64,000 bases of DNA from Eledone cirrhosa (GCA_964016885.1 OZ024741.1:45012001-45076000); one strand, 5' to 3'; counted from the stretch's first letter, positions 16,276-30,808 are shown. The notes: generated by a model from the letters alone, not told the origin. Numbers and translations are program-made.

Positions 16276-16396
<121 letters not shown>

Positions 16397-16879
16397 CGAA
16401 CCAACAGAACGTAAATGAGAGTAATTTATTATATCACCTTAATGTCAATTCAAAGGTGAAGGAGTTTTCCCGTCAATCGTAAATTATTCAACTACATTGT
16501 TGCCAAAAGAGACATTTAACTTTAAAACTTTATTGGCAGACACAGACCCAATGGGGCTCATTCAATGCCATATCTTCCCATAGAGTAATTCAACACTGTT
16601 TATAGATCTAAATTCTGGCCAATTGTTCATTCGTGGATAATTTTATAACTTGTGTATTCTTTTGCTGGTAATGAGTTGACCAATTTACAAAATATGGTGT
16701 CGAATATAAAACTGGAAAGAGCCCTTGATACTGATAATAAATTATGATGAAATATGTAATGTCATTGAGCAATTTCCTACATCAACGTTGAGTTATATTT
16801 TCGTGTTTATACGGCAGATAACACATGTAGTTGGTATTTTATCAATTTTTGATCATTAATTGAAAGCCATTTTGCATCT

Positions 16880-17930
16880 ATTTTGTGAGTTTTGTTGTTG
16901 TTTCGGATGAAACAGATGCATTTGACAAGGATACTTATGCGGGCGATATGAAGATACTTTGAATCAAGCATTGACAAAAATGAAGCTTAAAGTTTAAGAA
17001 AATGCCTCAGGAAATTCTGAATGTTTTGGCACTAAATATAATATTTTTTCGATGGAATAATTCACGGGATTACCAAGACATTATATGGTTTCTTTCTGGT
17101 ATTTGCTTTCTTTCCTTTCCGTATAATCCTGTGTACGTTTTTCTTTGAATATCTCTCCACTACTCCTGGGAAAACACTATCTGTTTATGTTGCAGCTTTA
17201 TAATATCCAACAAAAGCTGTCATTGCGAAAACAAATGATGACGGTGGATATGTTCACGACGATGACTGGATCAAAAATAAAAATAAAATACAAGGAGGAC
17301 GGCAGCAACAATAACAACAGCAACTTCAACAATGAAAATAATAATATCTGAAATAATAATATGAATGGGAGAAATCTAGTCACTTTGCTCTCTAAATTCA
17401 GATGAAATAGTTGATAAGGAAGCGTTTAAAAAAGTGTTCAAGAAAAAGAAAAATAATATCTTCTTGAAATGAGATTGTATGGGCAGTTTGAAAGAAATAC
17501 ATGGTATATCAAGGATAAAATAATACCATGGACATGGCTTAATCAAGGCGATTTGAAGTGTACCGCTGAAAGCCTTAAAGCTCATACTAAAAATTCGGTG
17601 AAGGATAAAATCTTCAAAACTTATGACACTCAGAAATAGAGTCTCTGTGAAAAGAATGTAGATTGTGTAATCCACTTGGTAAGTAAATGTGAATGCCTTG
17701 CGCAAAGAGAATACAAGTGCCACCATTATAAAGTCTGTTTGTACCTTCATTTTCTGTTGTGTCTTAAATATCAATATGAAGTAATAAAGAATTGGTATGA
17801 GTATGTGTCGTTTAACGTAATGCAGGGAGATGGGAAAGCAAGGATATTGTGGAATTATGATTTTCAGACTGACGGACTAATTGCGCATAACAGACCGGAC
17901 ATTGGCGTGTTGAACAAGACTAACACTGTC
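16880..17930 (+). pseudogene. Degenerate RLE-type non-LTR retrotransposon remnant (R4/Dong-like)
   Basis: H-L-V-S-K-C..LAQREYK.HH, WYEY, ILWNYDFQTD.LIAHNRPDI: zinc knuckle end plus PD endonuclease motif. Confidence 0.75.
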
Positions 17931-18446
17931 AGATCATTGACAAAGCTATACCAAATGAGAGTCTTCAAGTGCCAGTCATCGACTCTATCGATATCGTTGC
18001 ATTGGCTCAAATTGATCACAGTCACACTGAAGTGGAGATCGTCGTGTTCAGAATTGGACGTGATTCCATTCGTCTATACGTTCGATGACATTTCCTTCAG
18101 GAAACTTTGTATAAATCCCACAAATTTTAGTGTGTTCCCTCACTTATCCTTTCCACTCCATTCCTGTTGGCCTACTGAAAGAGAAATCCTTTCCTTCTTC
18201 CTTCTACTGTGAGTTGCTGGAGATGGTCTGTTAGGACATCGCTGAACAAATCTGTTATATTAGTGCAAAGCCTGTAGAGCAAAGCATCCATATCGGGTGA
18301 TTTGCGGTGGTGCATTTATTAAGGGTCATCCGTATTTAAGCTGCTCCTGTAGGTTTCTCGCAGGATTCCGCATCTACAATCAAAACCGGCACATTTGTAT
18401 ATCGCTAGATATACAAATTCACATACTTGAAACACACACGAAACCA

Positions 18447-18690
<244 letters not shown>

Positions 18691-18717
18691 GTATATATAT
18701 ATATGTATATATATATG

Positions 18718-18760
<43 letters not shown>

Positions 18761-18790
18761 GTACATATATATATATATATATATATGTAC

Positions 18791-18994
<204 letters not shown>

Positions 18995-19139
18995 GTATAT
19001 ATATATACATATTTTTATATTTGGTGAGGTTCATGTTATTATACTATTTCCAGTATTATATATATAAAACACACTTACTGTGTCGTCTGAGTTGGCTTTC
19101 GCTTCAGTATATTTTATATATATATATATATATATAATA

Positions 19140-19810
19140 AATAAGAAAGACTGTTTCATTTGTACATCCCTATTAATATATATATTTATATATAAAATTC
19201 ATAGGGATATATGTATATATTTAGACATAGTCACAGATACATGAGTATTGCTACCTGCTACCTTTCACGGTGTGGCTCAATGAAAAATTTAATTAAGCAA
19301 ATAATTATTAATCAGACCTATATACAAAATTGCAAGTTTGGAGAATTATTAGATAAAATATACCCAGTCTTTCTTCACCCTAGTCGGTAGAAATCAACCA
19401 GATAAATAATCATTTAAACGAGGCTATAAGTTTAAAATGCAACTATGAAGAAACAATAGACAATTGATACAGACTATTTTCCGCGAGGGGCTAAGTCTTA
19501 AATATAAGTTAGAGGAATTTTGATAAAGATTATATGCATTTTTTCTTCTAACTTATATTTTAGACCTAGCTCCGTTTAATTGATTATTTATCTAGTTAAT
19601 TTCAACGTGCTAAAAGAAACGACTAGATAAATTTTATCTGACTGTTCCTCGCGGAAAATAGTCTGTATCATTTGTCCATTGTTTCTTCATAGTTACATTT
19701 TAAACTTATAGCCTCGTTTAAATGATTATTTATCTGGTTGATTTCTACGAACTAGCGTGAGGAATGCCTGGGTATATTTTATATAATTATTCTTCAAGCT
19801 TGCAATTTTA
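19140..19810. mobile_element. Head-to-head insertion of a diverged relative of the 666-bp element
   Basis: 19326-19488 inverted against 19646-19809, plus a nested hairpin 19490-19572. Shares agaattattagataaaatat and a cattgagccaca motif with 10185-11385. Confidence 0.7.
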
Positions 19811-21169
19811 TATATATATATATAACGACGGAGATGTGGTAAGGAACCAGGTGGACCATAACGCACCAAAGTACTCAATACTTAGGGTAGTAGAGTGGGT
19901 AATAGGAACAAGTAAGACCCCGACGGCTGAGCTAAAGCCGTTTCGACGGCTAATTCTGGACTGAATGAAAATTTATTCTGGTATTTAAATAGCCGAGCTT
20001 ATCAAGGAGTGATTCCATATATGGTCAAAGAGATAATCACCAGGATTGGTCACATCACAAGTTAGTAGTAAATCTGGCAAATTGGTGGGGGAAGGGGTAG
20101 CTAAACCTGCCGGTAGGAGAAAAAGGGAGAGGGGTGGAGTAGTCCCATTCATGCGTTGATAATGCTGGCTACAGCTGAGCGTGAGGTCAAAGAGGATACT
20201 GGGGAGGGGGAGGGGGAGGAGGTCGAAACGGTAAGTAGAACAATGAAGGGTAAAACTATAAAAAGTACTGAGAGAGAAAAAAAAATAAGCAAAGTTTGGT
20301 TACTAATACTTAAGTCTCTCGCTATTGCTGGGCTAAAGAAATACATAAATAAATAAATAAACAAATAAGCGAATAAAAGAATAGATAAATAAATTTAAAA
20401 ACATATATAATGAAGAATAAAAAAATAAATAATAATAATAAAAATAAACTAGGTGGGACGGAAATAAAGGGACCCTTATACGAGGTATAAGTGCGTGTAT
20501 CGTACGGTGACGAGTCAACAAAGGGGGGGGGGGGCCAAAATACTAAAGACTACCACGAAATAATAAAGGTTTCTACCCCAATCACAGGGCCAGCAAGCAC
20601 CCAGTGCCAGAAAGTAAACTAGTACGAGAATATAATTCAGGGTCCCGCAAAAAAATACCAGTGCTAACTCTAAGGGTACCGCCACGAAACAAAAAGTCTT
20701 ATACAAGCTACATGAAAGATCGTACGAAGTAAAAGTAAAGAACGGAAAATTCATACAGAAACCCCCCCCCCCCAAAAAAAAAGGGAAAAAGAAGAAAGAA
20801 ATATTGGATAAACGAGAAATTAAATCAAAAATGCCACTAAGAAATATAGAAGGCACGGAAAAAAGGGACAGCGGTCGGAGAAGGGGGCAAGTATCCGAAG
20901 TCTAACACCTCTGCTATAACAAGCGGAGTCAGCCATATCTATCATAGAATAGGGGAGGGGTGGGGGTGCTGAAGCTACAAGGGACCGAGGGGCTACCTCG
21001 GGTGGGCGAGAAAAAGACGACGACAAAGAAAAGGAACTGGGGTAGAAGGACTAGGGAGGGATGGGGGGAAGGAGGAAATATAGAGGAAGCAATAAAAGAA
21101 TGTAAAAGAAGATCTTACGTCTCCATTGGCAAGCAGGGGTTACCCATTACAAAATAGGCAAGTGGGGTG

Positions 21170-22327
21170 TTATAGCCCTAGTCTACCCCCCCCCCCCGGG
21201 TCATTATGGGGTTTGAGGGTGAGGTAAGTCCTACGTAATCGGTGTTTACATGCAGTTACCAGTTCATCTTTCTTGTTTAGGAGTTGGTCCGTCGAAAACA
21301 ACATTTGTAAAGTTTCCTCCGAGCATAAATTGCACGGACGGCGTCCTCCCGTGTAAGAGTTGGCTCTGTACAGTAATTTCCAAGTGAGATCATAGTTGAT
21401 GTTGTTGTCCTTGAGGTCCCATATGTGGCCCGAAAGTGTAGTGGCGTGACGCCGGGCCGGGTTTCGGAAGGTATGTCTGTGTTGGTATAGCCGGGTCTTG
21501 AAGTCACATGCGGTTAATCCTATATAAGCTTTGTTGGAGGTGTCCGTGTTCACGTTGCACTGGTAGATTACATTTCGGTCTGTGCATCTGTTGTCGAGGG
21601 GGAAACTAGATCTATCAGGACAGATGCACCTCCTGGTCGGCTCTCCACTGCTATTTAGGTTGTTTCTTCCATCGGGGTTGAGTTTTTTGTTGTTGGAGGA
21701 GACGATGTTTTGTGCGAAGTTAGGTGTAGTGCTGTAAGAGAGTTTGATGGTATTTTTGTTAATTATGTTGTGGTAGTGGTGTTGTGGTGGGAAGTGTTTT
21801 TCAATGAGCCTAAAGAAAATTTTCCCGATGGGAGTTGTCACCTCGGCGTTGTGGGGAGGATTGAACCATGTTACATTGTGTGAGCGGCGGTGTCGCCTGC
21901 TGGTTCCGCTAATGGGAGCTGGACAGTAGGATATTTCCTCCCGGAAACCACTCCGCTTGAGGGCCTGGTTGTAGTAAGGCGCATATTCATCGAATATCTT
22001 CTCATTAGCTGACAAACGGGATATGCCGAGGGAGATGTTTTTGGCCAGGTTGTTGGTGATGTTCCTAGGATGGTTAGATCGGCGGTGGATGTAGTGCAGG
22101 TTGTCATTGAGTTTCCTGTATGTGTAGTACAGGTCATTATTGAGATCGAGGGTGACGTCCAGGAAATTAACTCGGGTGAGGGACGTTTGTAGGGTTATTT
22201 TAAATCCCCAGTCGCAGAAGAAGCTGTTTAATTGTTTACGGACCCGATCTGTACTACTGGGGTTGTATCCTTTAAGGGTAAGGTGCCCATCATCACGGTA
22301 CAATCCACCACCGAAAGCAGGAAACAT
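21170..22327 (-). CDS. PLE RT C-terminal half plus GIY-YIG endonuclease (5'-truncated, open frame)
   Basis: GGLYRDDG, VNFLDVTLDL, WFNPP, NVIYQC..YIGLT..FKTR, CNLC..E, LLN..E...CKH. Confidence 0.9.
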   Translation of the reverse strand: MFPAFGGGLYRDDGHLTLKGYNPSSTDRVRKQLNSFFCDWGFKITLQTSLTRVNFLDVTLDLNNDLYYTYRKLNDNLHYIHRRSNHPRNITNNLAKNISLGISRLSANEKIFDEYAPYYNQALKRSGFREEISYCPAPISGTSRRHRRSHNVTWFNPPHNAEVTTPIGKIFFRLIEKHFPPQHHYHNIINKNTIKLSYSTTPNFAQNIVSSNNKKLNPDGRNNLNSSGEPTRRCICPDRSSFPLDNRCTDRNVIYQCNVNTDTSNKAYIGLTACDFKTRLYQHRHTFRNPARRHATTLSGHIWDLKDNNINYDLTWKLLYRANSYTGGRRPCNLCSEETLQMLFSTDQLLNKKDELVTACKHRLRRTYLTLKPHNDPGGGGRLGL

Positions 22328-22370
22328 ATCGGTGAGATCTTATAGAATTATTCCTTATAGCCAAACTCAC

Positions 22371-23369
22371 CGAGTTAATTTCCTGGACGTCACCCTCGAT
22401 CTCAATAATGACCTGTACTACCCATACAGGAAACCCAATGACAACCTGCACTACATCCACCGCCGATCTAACCATCCTAGGAACATCACCAACAACCTGG
22501 CCAAAAACATCTCCCTCGGCATATCCCGTTTGTCAGCTAATGAGAAGATATTCGATGAATATGCGCCTTACTACAACCAGGCCCTCAAGCGGAGTGGTTT
22601 CCGGGAGGAAATATCCTACTGTCCAGCTCCCATTAGCGGAACCAGCAGGCGACACCGCCGCTCACGCAATGTAACATGGTTCAATGCTCCCCACAACGCC
22701 GAGGTGACAACTCCCATCGGGAAAATTTTCGTTAGGCTCATAGAAAAACACTTCCCACCACAACACCACTACCACAACATAATTAACAAAAATACCATCA
22801 AACTCTCTTACAGCACTACACCTAACTTCGCACAAAACATCGTCTCCTCCAACAACAAAAAACTCAACCCCGATGGAAAAAACAACCTAAATAGCAGTGG
22901 AGATCCGACCAGGAGGTGCAACTGTCCTGATAGATCTAGTTGCCCCCTTGACAACAGATGCAGGGACCGTAATGTGATCTACCAGTGCAACGTGAGCACG
23001 GACACCTCCAACAAAGCTTATATAGGATTAACCGCATGTGACTTCAAGACCCGGCTATACCAACACAGACATACCATCCGAAACCCGGCCCGGCGTCACG
23101 CCACTACACTTTCGGGCCACATATGGGACCTCAAGGACAACAACATCAACTATGATCTCACTTGGAAATTACTGTACAGAGCCAACTCTTACACAGGAGG
23201 ACGCCGTCCGTGCAATTTATGCTCGGAGGAAACTTTACAAATGTTGTTTTCGACGGACCAACTCCTAAACAAGAAAGATGAACTGGTAACTGCATGTAAA
23301 CACCGATTACGTAGGACTTACCTCACCCTCAAACCCCATAATGACCCGGGGGGGGGGGGGGGGGGGTAG
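22371..23369 (+). CDS. Second copy of the PLE thumb/linker/GIY-YIG ORF (5'-truncated)
   Basis: Near-identical protein to 21170-22327 from RVNFLDVT onward. The listed N-terminus is antisense read-through. Confidence 0.88.
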   Translation, partial: RVNFLDVTLDLNNDLYYPYRKPNDNLHYIHRRSNHPRNITNNLAKNISLGISRLSANEKIFDEYAPYYNQALKRSGFREEISYCPAPISGTSRRHRRSRNVTWFNAPHNAEVTTPIGKIFVRLIEKHFPPQHHYHNIINKNTIKLSYSTTPNFAQNIVSSNNKKLNPDGKNNLNSSGDPTRRCNCPDRSSCPLDNRCRDRNVIYQCNVSTDTSNKAYIGLTACDFKTRLYQHRHTIRNPARRHATTLSGHIWDLKDNNINYDLTWKLLYRANSYTGGRRPCNLCSEETLQMLFSTDQLLNKKDELVTACKHRLRRTYLTLKPHNDPGGGGGG

Positions 23370-24556
23370 ACTAGGGCTATAACTCCCCACTTGCCTATTT
23401 TGTAATGGGTAACCCCTGCTTGCCAATGGAGACGTAAGATCTTCTTTTACATTCTTTTATTGCTTCCTCTATATTTCCTCCTTCCCCCCATCCCTCCCTA
23501 GTCCTTCTACGCCAATTCCTTTTCTTTGTCGTCGTCTTTTTCTCGCCCACCCGAGGTAGCCCCTCGGTCCCTTGTAGCTTCAGCACCCCCACCCCTCCCC
23601 TATTCTATGATAGATATGGCTGACTCCGCTTGTTATAGCAGAGGTGTTAGACTTCGGATACTTGCCCCCTTCTACGAACGCTGTCCCTTTTTTCCGTGCC
23701 TTCTATATTTCTTAGTGGCATCTTTGCTTCAATTTCTCGTTTATCCAGTATTTCTTTCTTCTTTTTCTCTTTTCTTTGGGGGGTGGGTGGGGTGGGGTGT
23801 TTCTGTATAAATTTTCCGTTCTTTACTTTTACTTCGTACGATCTTTCATGTAGCTTGTATAAGACTTTTTGTTTCGTGGCGGTACCCTTAGAGTTAGCAC
23901 TAGTATTTTTTTGCAGGACCCTGAATTATATTCTCGTACTAGTTTAGTTTCTGGCACTGGGTGATTGCTGGCCCTGTGATTGGGGTAGAAACCTTTATTA
24001 TTTCGTGGTAGTCTCTTAGTATTTTGCCCCCCCCCCCCCTTTGTTGACCCGTCACCGTACGATACACGCACTTATACCTCGTATAAGGGTCCCTTTATTT
24101 CCGTCCCACCTAGTTTATTTTTATTATTATTATTTATTTTTTTATTCTTCATTATATTTTTTTTTTTATTTATTTATCTTTTCTTTTATTCACTTATTTG
24201 TTTATTTATTTATTTATGTATTTCTTTAGCCTGGCAATAGCGAGAGACTTAAGTCTTAGTAACCAGACTTTGCTTTTTTTTTTTTCTCTCTCAGTACTTT
24301 TTATAGTTTTACCCTTCATTATTCTACTTACCGTTTCGACTTCCTCCCCCTCCCCCTCCCCAGTATCCTCTTTGTCCTCACGCCCAGCTGTAGCCGGCAC
24401 TACCAACGCATGAATGGGTCTACTCCACCCCTCTCCCTTTTTCTCTTACCGGCAGGTTTAGCTACCCCTTCCCCCACCAATTTGCCATCACAGATTTGCT
24501 ACTAACTTGTGATGTGACCAATCCTGGTGATTATCTCTTTGACCATATATGGAGTC

Positions 24557-24650
24557 ACCCCTTGATAAGCTCGGCTATTTAAATACCAGAATACATTTTT
24601 ATTCAGTCCAGAATTAGCCGTCGAAACGACTTGAGCTCAGCTGTCGGGGT
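24557..24650 (+). ncRNA. Hammerhead ribozyme with U3-A8 core (GUC site, cleavage after 24645); mirror copy at 19917-20010 minus
   Basis: acccc-TTGATAA-GctCGGCTA...TAGCCGtC-GAAA-CG(G/A)C ttgagctca GC(C/T)G-TC-ggggt. Confidence 0.82.
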
Positions 24651-25688
24651 CTTACTTGTTCCTATATATATATATATATAACGAACTATTTCGAATCTTT
24701 CTACCAAGACTCACCCAAAAGACTGCTGAGCCTGTGGATTTTTTTTTTATTTCTCCGCCACCTGAGCCGGCGTCACCGTTGCGGCAAATAAACCAACTAT
24801 TATTTATTTATCATTTTTTTATTTTGATTTCCTTCTTTATACCAATTTCTTTAACAGTTCAATGAATGTATTCTATACATTTTTGTTTATATAATAGTAA
24901 ATCACAAAATATATTAACATTAGAAATAGTATCAACCTTTTGAATAAACAGGTAACAACCCATTTGACAAATCATCATGTTGTTATATATTTTACTGTAT
25001 TTCTTTCCTCGCATCTCCCTCTCTTAATTTCAGTGATTTTCTCTTGCAAACAAATGGGTCGTAAACTTTATACATTATCTCTTAGATCTCTACTGGCATC
25101 ATTCCTCTCTACCTCCATCTATATTATTTGAGACACGTCAAAGACAATAATACAAGAAACAATTCCCCAAACACACACAGAGAAAAATAGAGGAATTATA
25201 TTTCGTAGCATTAGAGACATATGAAATTTGGGTCAAACGCTAAGGTACATATTACCAAAGTGAATTTCTTTTCCTATTTTTCAATTTCTCATGAAGCCGA
25301 GCAGAATATTGATTACTTTGAAGAGAGGGGGGAATAATAGATAAGGGGATGGACGAGAAAAGGTAGGGATGGGAGATAACCCCCCTCAGAAAAAAATAAA
25401 AAAGGAAAGCTTTCATTTATGAGCTAATAAATACATATAAATCATGGAAATATATTCCAGGACACGATTTTACGAGCTGCCATATATTTCCAGTGACACC
25501 ATTTATTAGTTTGCCTCCGACATTAATCTTCATTCTGTCTGACCTTAGACGCAAACGAACTCGTCAAAATGGTTGCGAAAATTTAATTTCTACTTTAGTG
25601 TGACGACATGTAAATATTCAGTATTTATTTCATTTTTAGCATATCATATATATATATATAGGTGTGTGTGTGTGTGTGTGTGTTTGTG

Positions 25689-25759
<71 letters not shown>

Positions 25760-26502
25760 GTAGCTAAAAAAACATATATAGCAAATTCATTGCATTACTT
25801 CCTTTTAATCTGACGAGGCCGCTGTTATCATAGAGTTAATTTTATCTGGTCTTAAATCCTACTCAAGGCAACTTTACCTTTCTAAATACAATAAATTGCC
25901 AGGTAAGCACTGGGGTTGGTATAATGCGATTTTACCATATATATATTGAGATTTTGCCGTACTCCTACATCATACGCCCTCAAAAGTATTGATCTCTTCA
26001 TTATATACATGACAGTTCCCGTGATATAGAGACAAGTGTAATATCATAATGCTCATTAATTTCCTAAAATATTACAGGAGATAAACGACACACACAGGCA
26101 CACCGTAAATACTTATCGAATAGTAATCGATATTACTGTCATTCGATTATTTTCCTGGCGAATTTATCTCGGATATGATGATGCACATCCACATATCCCG
26201 TGGCATTTTCCCATGGATATACTTTTCCAAAGTTAAGTAAATTCTGCTCGTTTTACCTCACAGGACCAGTGTAGAGGTAGATATGTGTACGCTGATTAAC
26301 CTTTCATGTACGTGCATGCTGATAGAAGAATGACTCAGTGTAGACTTTGTCTCAAAATGTCTGGAAATTGCAATAGAATCGATTACATGGCCGATAGTGC
26401 TTTAGGGAAGGTTATTGTAAAAACACTGAAATAATTTGACACCGGTGCTATTTGAACTCCGAACGTAAAGTGGAGATGTTTCAGAGAAGTTAAGGTTAAA
26501 TA

Positions 26503-26960
26503 TAATTGTTTCTACCTTTGGCACAAGGTCAGCAATTATCCCAGAGTATTACTGGTGTTTTATTTTATCAGCCCCGTAAGGATGAAAGGTTAAATTCAAT
26601 GCTTTCTGATTTAGCTATATGATTAAACATTTTGGTAGGAGGGGAAAGTCGATTAAGTCGATTCCAGTGCGTTAGTGGTGCTTTATTTTATCGTACCTGT
26701 AAGGATGAAAGATACAAATAACCTGGGTGGGATTTGAGCTCAGGGTCTAAACGACCGTAACTCTATACCGCGAAGCATGGTGGCCAAAGCTCTACCGCTA
26801 CTACGAATACACCGGCCCCAAATATTGATTTTTGATTTAGGCACAAGTTCAATAATTTTGGGGAGTAGACAGTCGACAGCAGTACATTATTGGTACGTTA
26901 TTTTATCAACCCTGAAAGGATGAAATGCAAAACTAACCTCTGCAGGATATGAACTCGGTA
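26503..26960 (-). mobile_element. Cluster of older SINE copies and fragments; another at ~31720-31880
   Basis: actggt..ttattttatc..ccc.taaggatgaaa motif repeated three times. Confidence 0.7.
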
Positions 26961-27859
26961 AGGTTAAATATAATAAAACAACAATGGAAAGCAAACAATA
27001 AATTAAACATTAAAACAAATTGAAACTGAGCTACCACAATACGTCGCTGCCAATAACGGGGAGACAAAAAAAAATGTAATATCAGTAACAGTAAAAATAA
27101 CAATAATGATAAAATCTAAAGTTGACATGCTCATCATTTGAAACACTAATTGTAAAATAAAAACTTATTGATTCATGGCAAACATTATTTTTTCGATGCA
27201 GTTGTAAAATGTTTTCAATCTAAAAACCTGACCAGAATAACAAATACTTTGGCAGAATTAAAACCTATAGCTTTATATGCTCCACAAATATTTAAAAAAA
27301 ATGTAAACATGGCTCGTCTGAAAGAAGTATTTTACATTTTTAACTCCACTATTTATAGAAAGTTTTTGCTTCATCATTAATTTTATTCTGTTCTTGGTAT
27401 AACGACTCCAGCCATTTATGATCTCCATACTCATTTGCTTATTAAAAACAAATATTTTGACCATTTCTTTATTTAGAAAGCCAAATTTATGCTGGATACC
27501 ATCTACTATATTTGGAATATATTTTCTTTCCCGCGAATATATTCAGAGCAAATATTTGATTTACTTTACAAACACATCGCCTACGAATAACAGACACAAA
27601 TGAGTTATTCAAACAAAAGTACTTATGCCTATAAACATTTAACACACCTTTTCAAGGGTTTAAAATATTACACAATTTCCATATTCACAGATTGATTTAT
27701 CACAAATATTAGAATGGAACACACTCGATTTCAACAAAGTATTTTCCAATTTTTCCATCAACAAAAGAGCCAGTACATGAAATTAATCTACAGGTGGTTG
27801 AGTATTCCACAGACTTGAATATCTGTAACGAAATAGATCAATGACAATTGAATATGACA

Positions 27860-29870
27860 ATTAAATAATAACTCGTTTCTGGCGTTACTCTTCCATGTGT
27901 CAGCAACATAGATTGTTGTTGAGATGACAAGTGACTAGAATAACCCCTATTTCCTTTGTCATGTAAGCTTCTTTGATTGATATATTGATTGGAGTTTGTT
28001 GAATACTCCAGTACCTTTGGGTATCCTTTGTTTTATGTCAGCTTCAGTGTTGCCATTTGCTACCTGAACACTACTAGCATGTGTTGAAATTCTTGTATCT
28101 TTTTGTCATTGACCAACACTTCATATGATTCAATGCAAGCAACTTTCTGTTTTTTTGTTTTTGATATATTTATTCTCAAACCAAACTTTTGGAGCTGTTT
28201 TAACCAGGGCATTTGTTAGTGTTTGTATTTATGAGCAAATTTTGGTCCACAGGTATTTAAAGACTTTCCCAGAATGTCATCCAAAATGTCCATGTATAAG
28301 AATGAGAATTAGTTGCATTCCTATTGTACTCCTGATAAAATTGAAAATAAATCAGTAAATCCTCATTCTGATTTTACACAACTTGTGTTTTGATAAAGTG
28401 ACTTGACAATTTGATAGAGCGGTCGGGGCCGCCGTTAGATTTTCAGGATCTTCCAGAGTAACAGATGGTGTACAATATCAAATACGTTTTCTAAGTCAAT
28501 ATAATTTATCTCTACCGGGGATCCATACTCCAGTAATTGCTTGATAATGATCCTTAGTGTGAGTATTTGTTCATAGCATGATCCTTCTATTCGAAAACCT
28601 GCATGATCATTCCTAGTTTTGTGGCCTATTTCCTGTTGTAATCTTCTGAACGATAGCTGACACGTGATTTTATGGGCCATAATTAGAAGAGTCACTCCAA
28701 TTGTCATAATCAGCAAGTACTCATTTCGCTTGAATTTTGGCTATATTTCCTTTTCAATATTCAGTATGTGTCCCGCCTTTATTCCAGATTGCCATTCTAA
28801 TTTCTGTCAGCTATTCTATAATAGCAACTGTATAATTTTTAGGAGCTCAGCAGGTATGTATTCTAATTCAGAGGATGTGTTGTTCTTGTGGGACTGGATT
28901 GCCTTGAACATTTCTTCCTTTGTTATATCTGACTTACTGGGATTTGCTGGATTAACACTTCACTGAGGTTTTCCACCCATCGGCCTAACTTTTTCTCCTC
29001 TGTCATGAGCAGTCGACTATATATTTCCTTAACTGGTACTACTGTACTACTGCTGCTAGCATTTGACAGATCTTACATGATTCTGAACAGAGTTTTCCTG
29101 TCGTATCCATTCGCTGCAGCTTGTGTCTCATTGCATTTGCATTATAACTTGCTTCTTTTGTCGACCTTGCTAAACATTTTAACATCTATGTTGGTGTCAT
29201 TGCACATTTACGTGTAGTTCTCAATTTGTTCTTGTCTTTACGCTTAGTGTCGCTGTAATTTGACTCGTTTCCTCTCATTAATCAAATTCCAGATTACAGC
29301 TGTGATCCATTGTTCTTTGCAAGAGATACTTCTTAGAAAATTGTTGTATTAGCCACCCCATTGATTAGTTTTTTTTAATTTGAAATCCGACCATTTTCCG
29401 GCGAGTTTAACATTATCTGTGAAAGATGCAAATTGTGTTCTTACGTTCGATGCGGTATTTTTCAGCTATCTCTTTGATTTTAGCTTTCCAATATCGAAAG
29501 AATTTGTGGATGTTTACTGTTATGGACGTTGTTTTGTATTTAATTTGTACTCTGCAAATTAGTAGGGAATTGTCAGAACCATGATCTGCACCTCGAAAAC
29601 TAGGCGCATTTTTTATAGAGGATCTCCATTTTGATGCAGATGTAATACATCTCATTGTTTTGGGTGTTTCTTTTTACATGAGGGTGTCAGGTCGTTTTAT
29701 GTTTGAAATGTATTACAGTTAAAAGGTCCATGCAGCTGCCAAAAGGAATCATCCTCTCTTCATTATCCTCAAAGTCTTCAGAAGAACCAAAATGTCTAAT
29801 ATCCTTCTCTTAACCGTATAAACCACTATTTATCCTGGCATTCAAATCTCCCAAGAAGAAGTTCATATCT
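27860..29870 (-). pseudogene. Old RTE-clade LINE remnant (APE end to RT)
   Basis: KWRSS...RGAD.GSD (ORF 29413-29655); AGFR...SC.EQI.TLR.I...YID...FD.V...LWKIL (ORF 28435-28716). Confidence 0.8.
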
Positions 29871-29875
29871 TCGCG

Positions 29876-29950
<75 letters not shown>

Positions 29951-30024
29951 AAAATGTTTAACACCGACGGCAGAGTTCAAGCCGTTTCGACGGCTATTTC
30001 ATATATATATGTGTGTGTATGTGT

Positions 30025-30112
<88 letters not shown>

Positions 30113-30693
30113 GTGTGTCTGTATATATATATACATTATATATATATATATATATGCAACAGAAATTAATAGAAATGTAATTGTAGTTTGATTTCTTATG
30201 AGCACGCGCAATATGTGTGAACATTCCCTAAGCCCGATAAAATGATAACTTAACTTATTATGTGAGCTATGAATGATTAAAATGATTCTTTTACGATGCA
30301 AATGCTTTAGATTAAACACACGCTATTTAGGATGAGAGTATCTCCAAAAAATGTGAAGTCAAAATCTTAAATAATTTCGCGAGAAAATTGTTGAGAAGAA
30401 TTTCTACTTATTTTAGAAGGAACATGGTATACCTACGAAAGTTTCCTTCTATTCCTGAATTGAGATCGATTCCTACTATTGATTCTAATTCGAAACTATT
30501 CCATTATAGTTATATCATTAATACCTATGAGCCGGAAGTTTAATTCTGTAAGCGTAAGCTGACATCATAACATTCGAGGAGAACAGTAACGTCTTGTTAT
30601 TCCAGAAGTTCTCGTTTCCCCATTATGAAATCCGTATGTATATGTATAAATATATCTATATATCTATATATATATATACACACACACGCTCAT

Positions 30694-30749
<56 letters not shown>

Positions 30750-30808
30750 TATCTATAGACTTTGACTGAGATCGAAACCCATATATTTATATGTGTGTGT
30801 GTGTGTGT

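Larger units (their letters stand above)
19824..24665. mobile_element. Family A Naiad-like PLE, two 5'-truncated copies head-to-head (~2.3-kb inverted repeat, ~185-bp unique centre)
   Basis: 19902-22180 is the reverse complement of 22366-24665. The left arm has an extra ~78-bp tail (19824-19901). Confidence 0.95.

Noticed and set aside
21170-23369. Selenocysteine (in-frame UGA) coding, as reported for some Naiad PLEs
   Set aside because: These frames are open with no in-frame TGA; breaks in the other copies look like ordinary decay.
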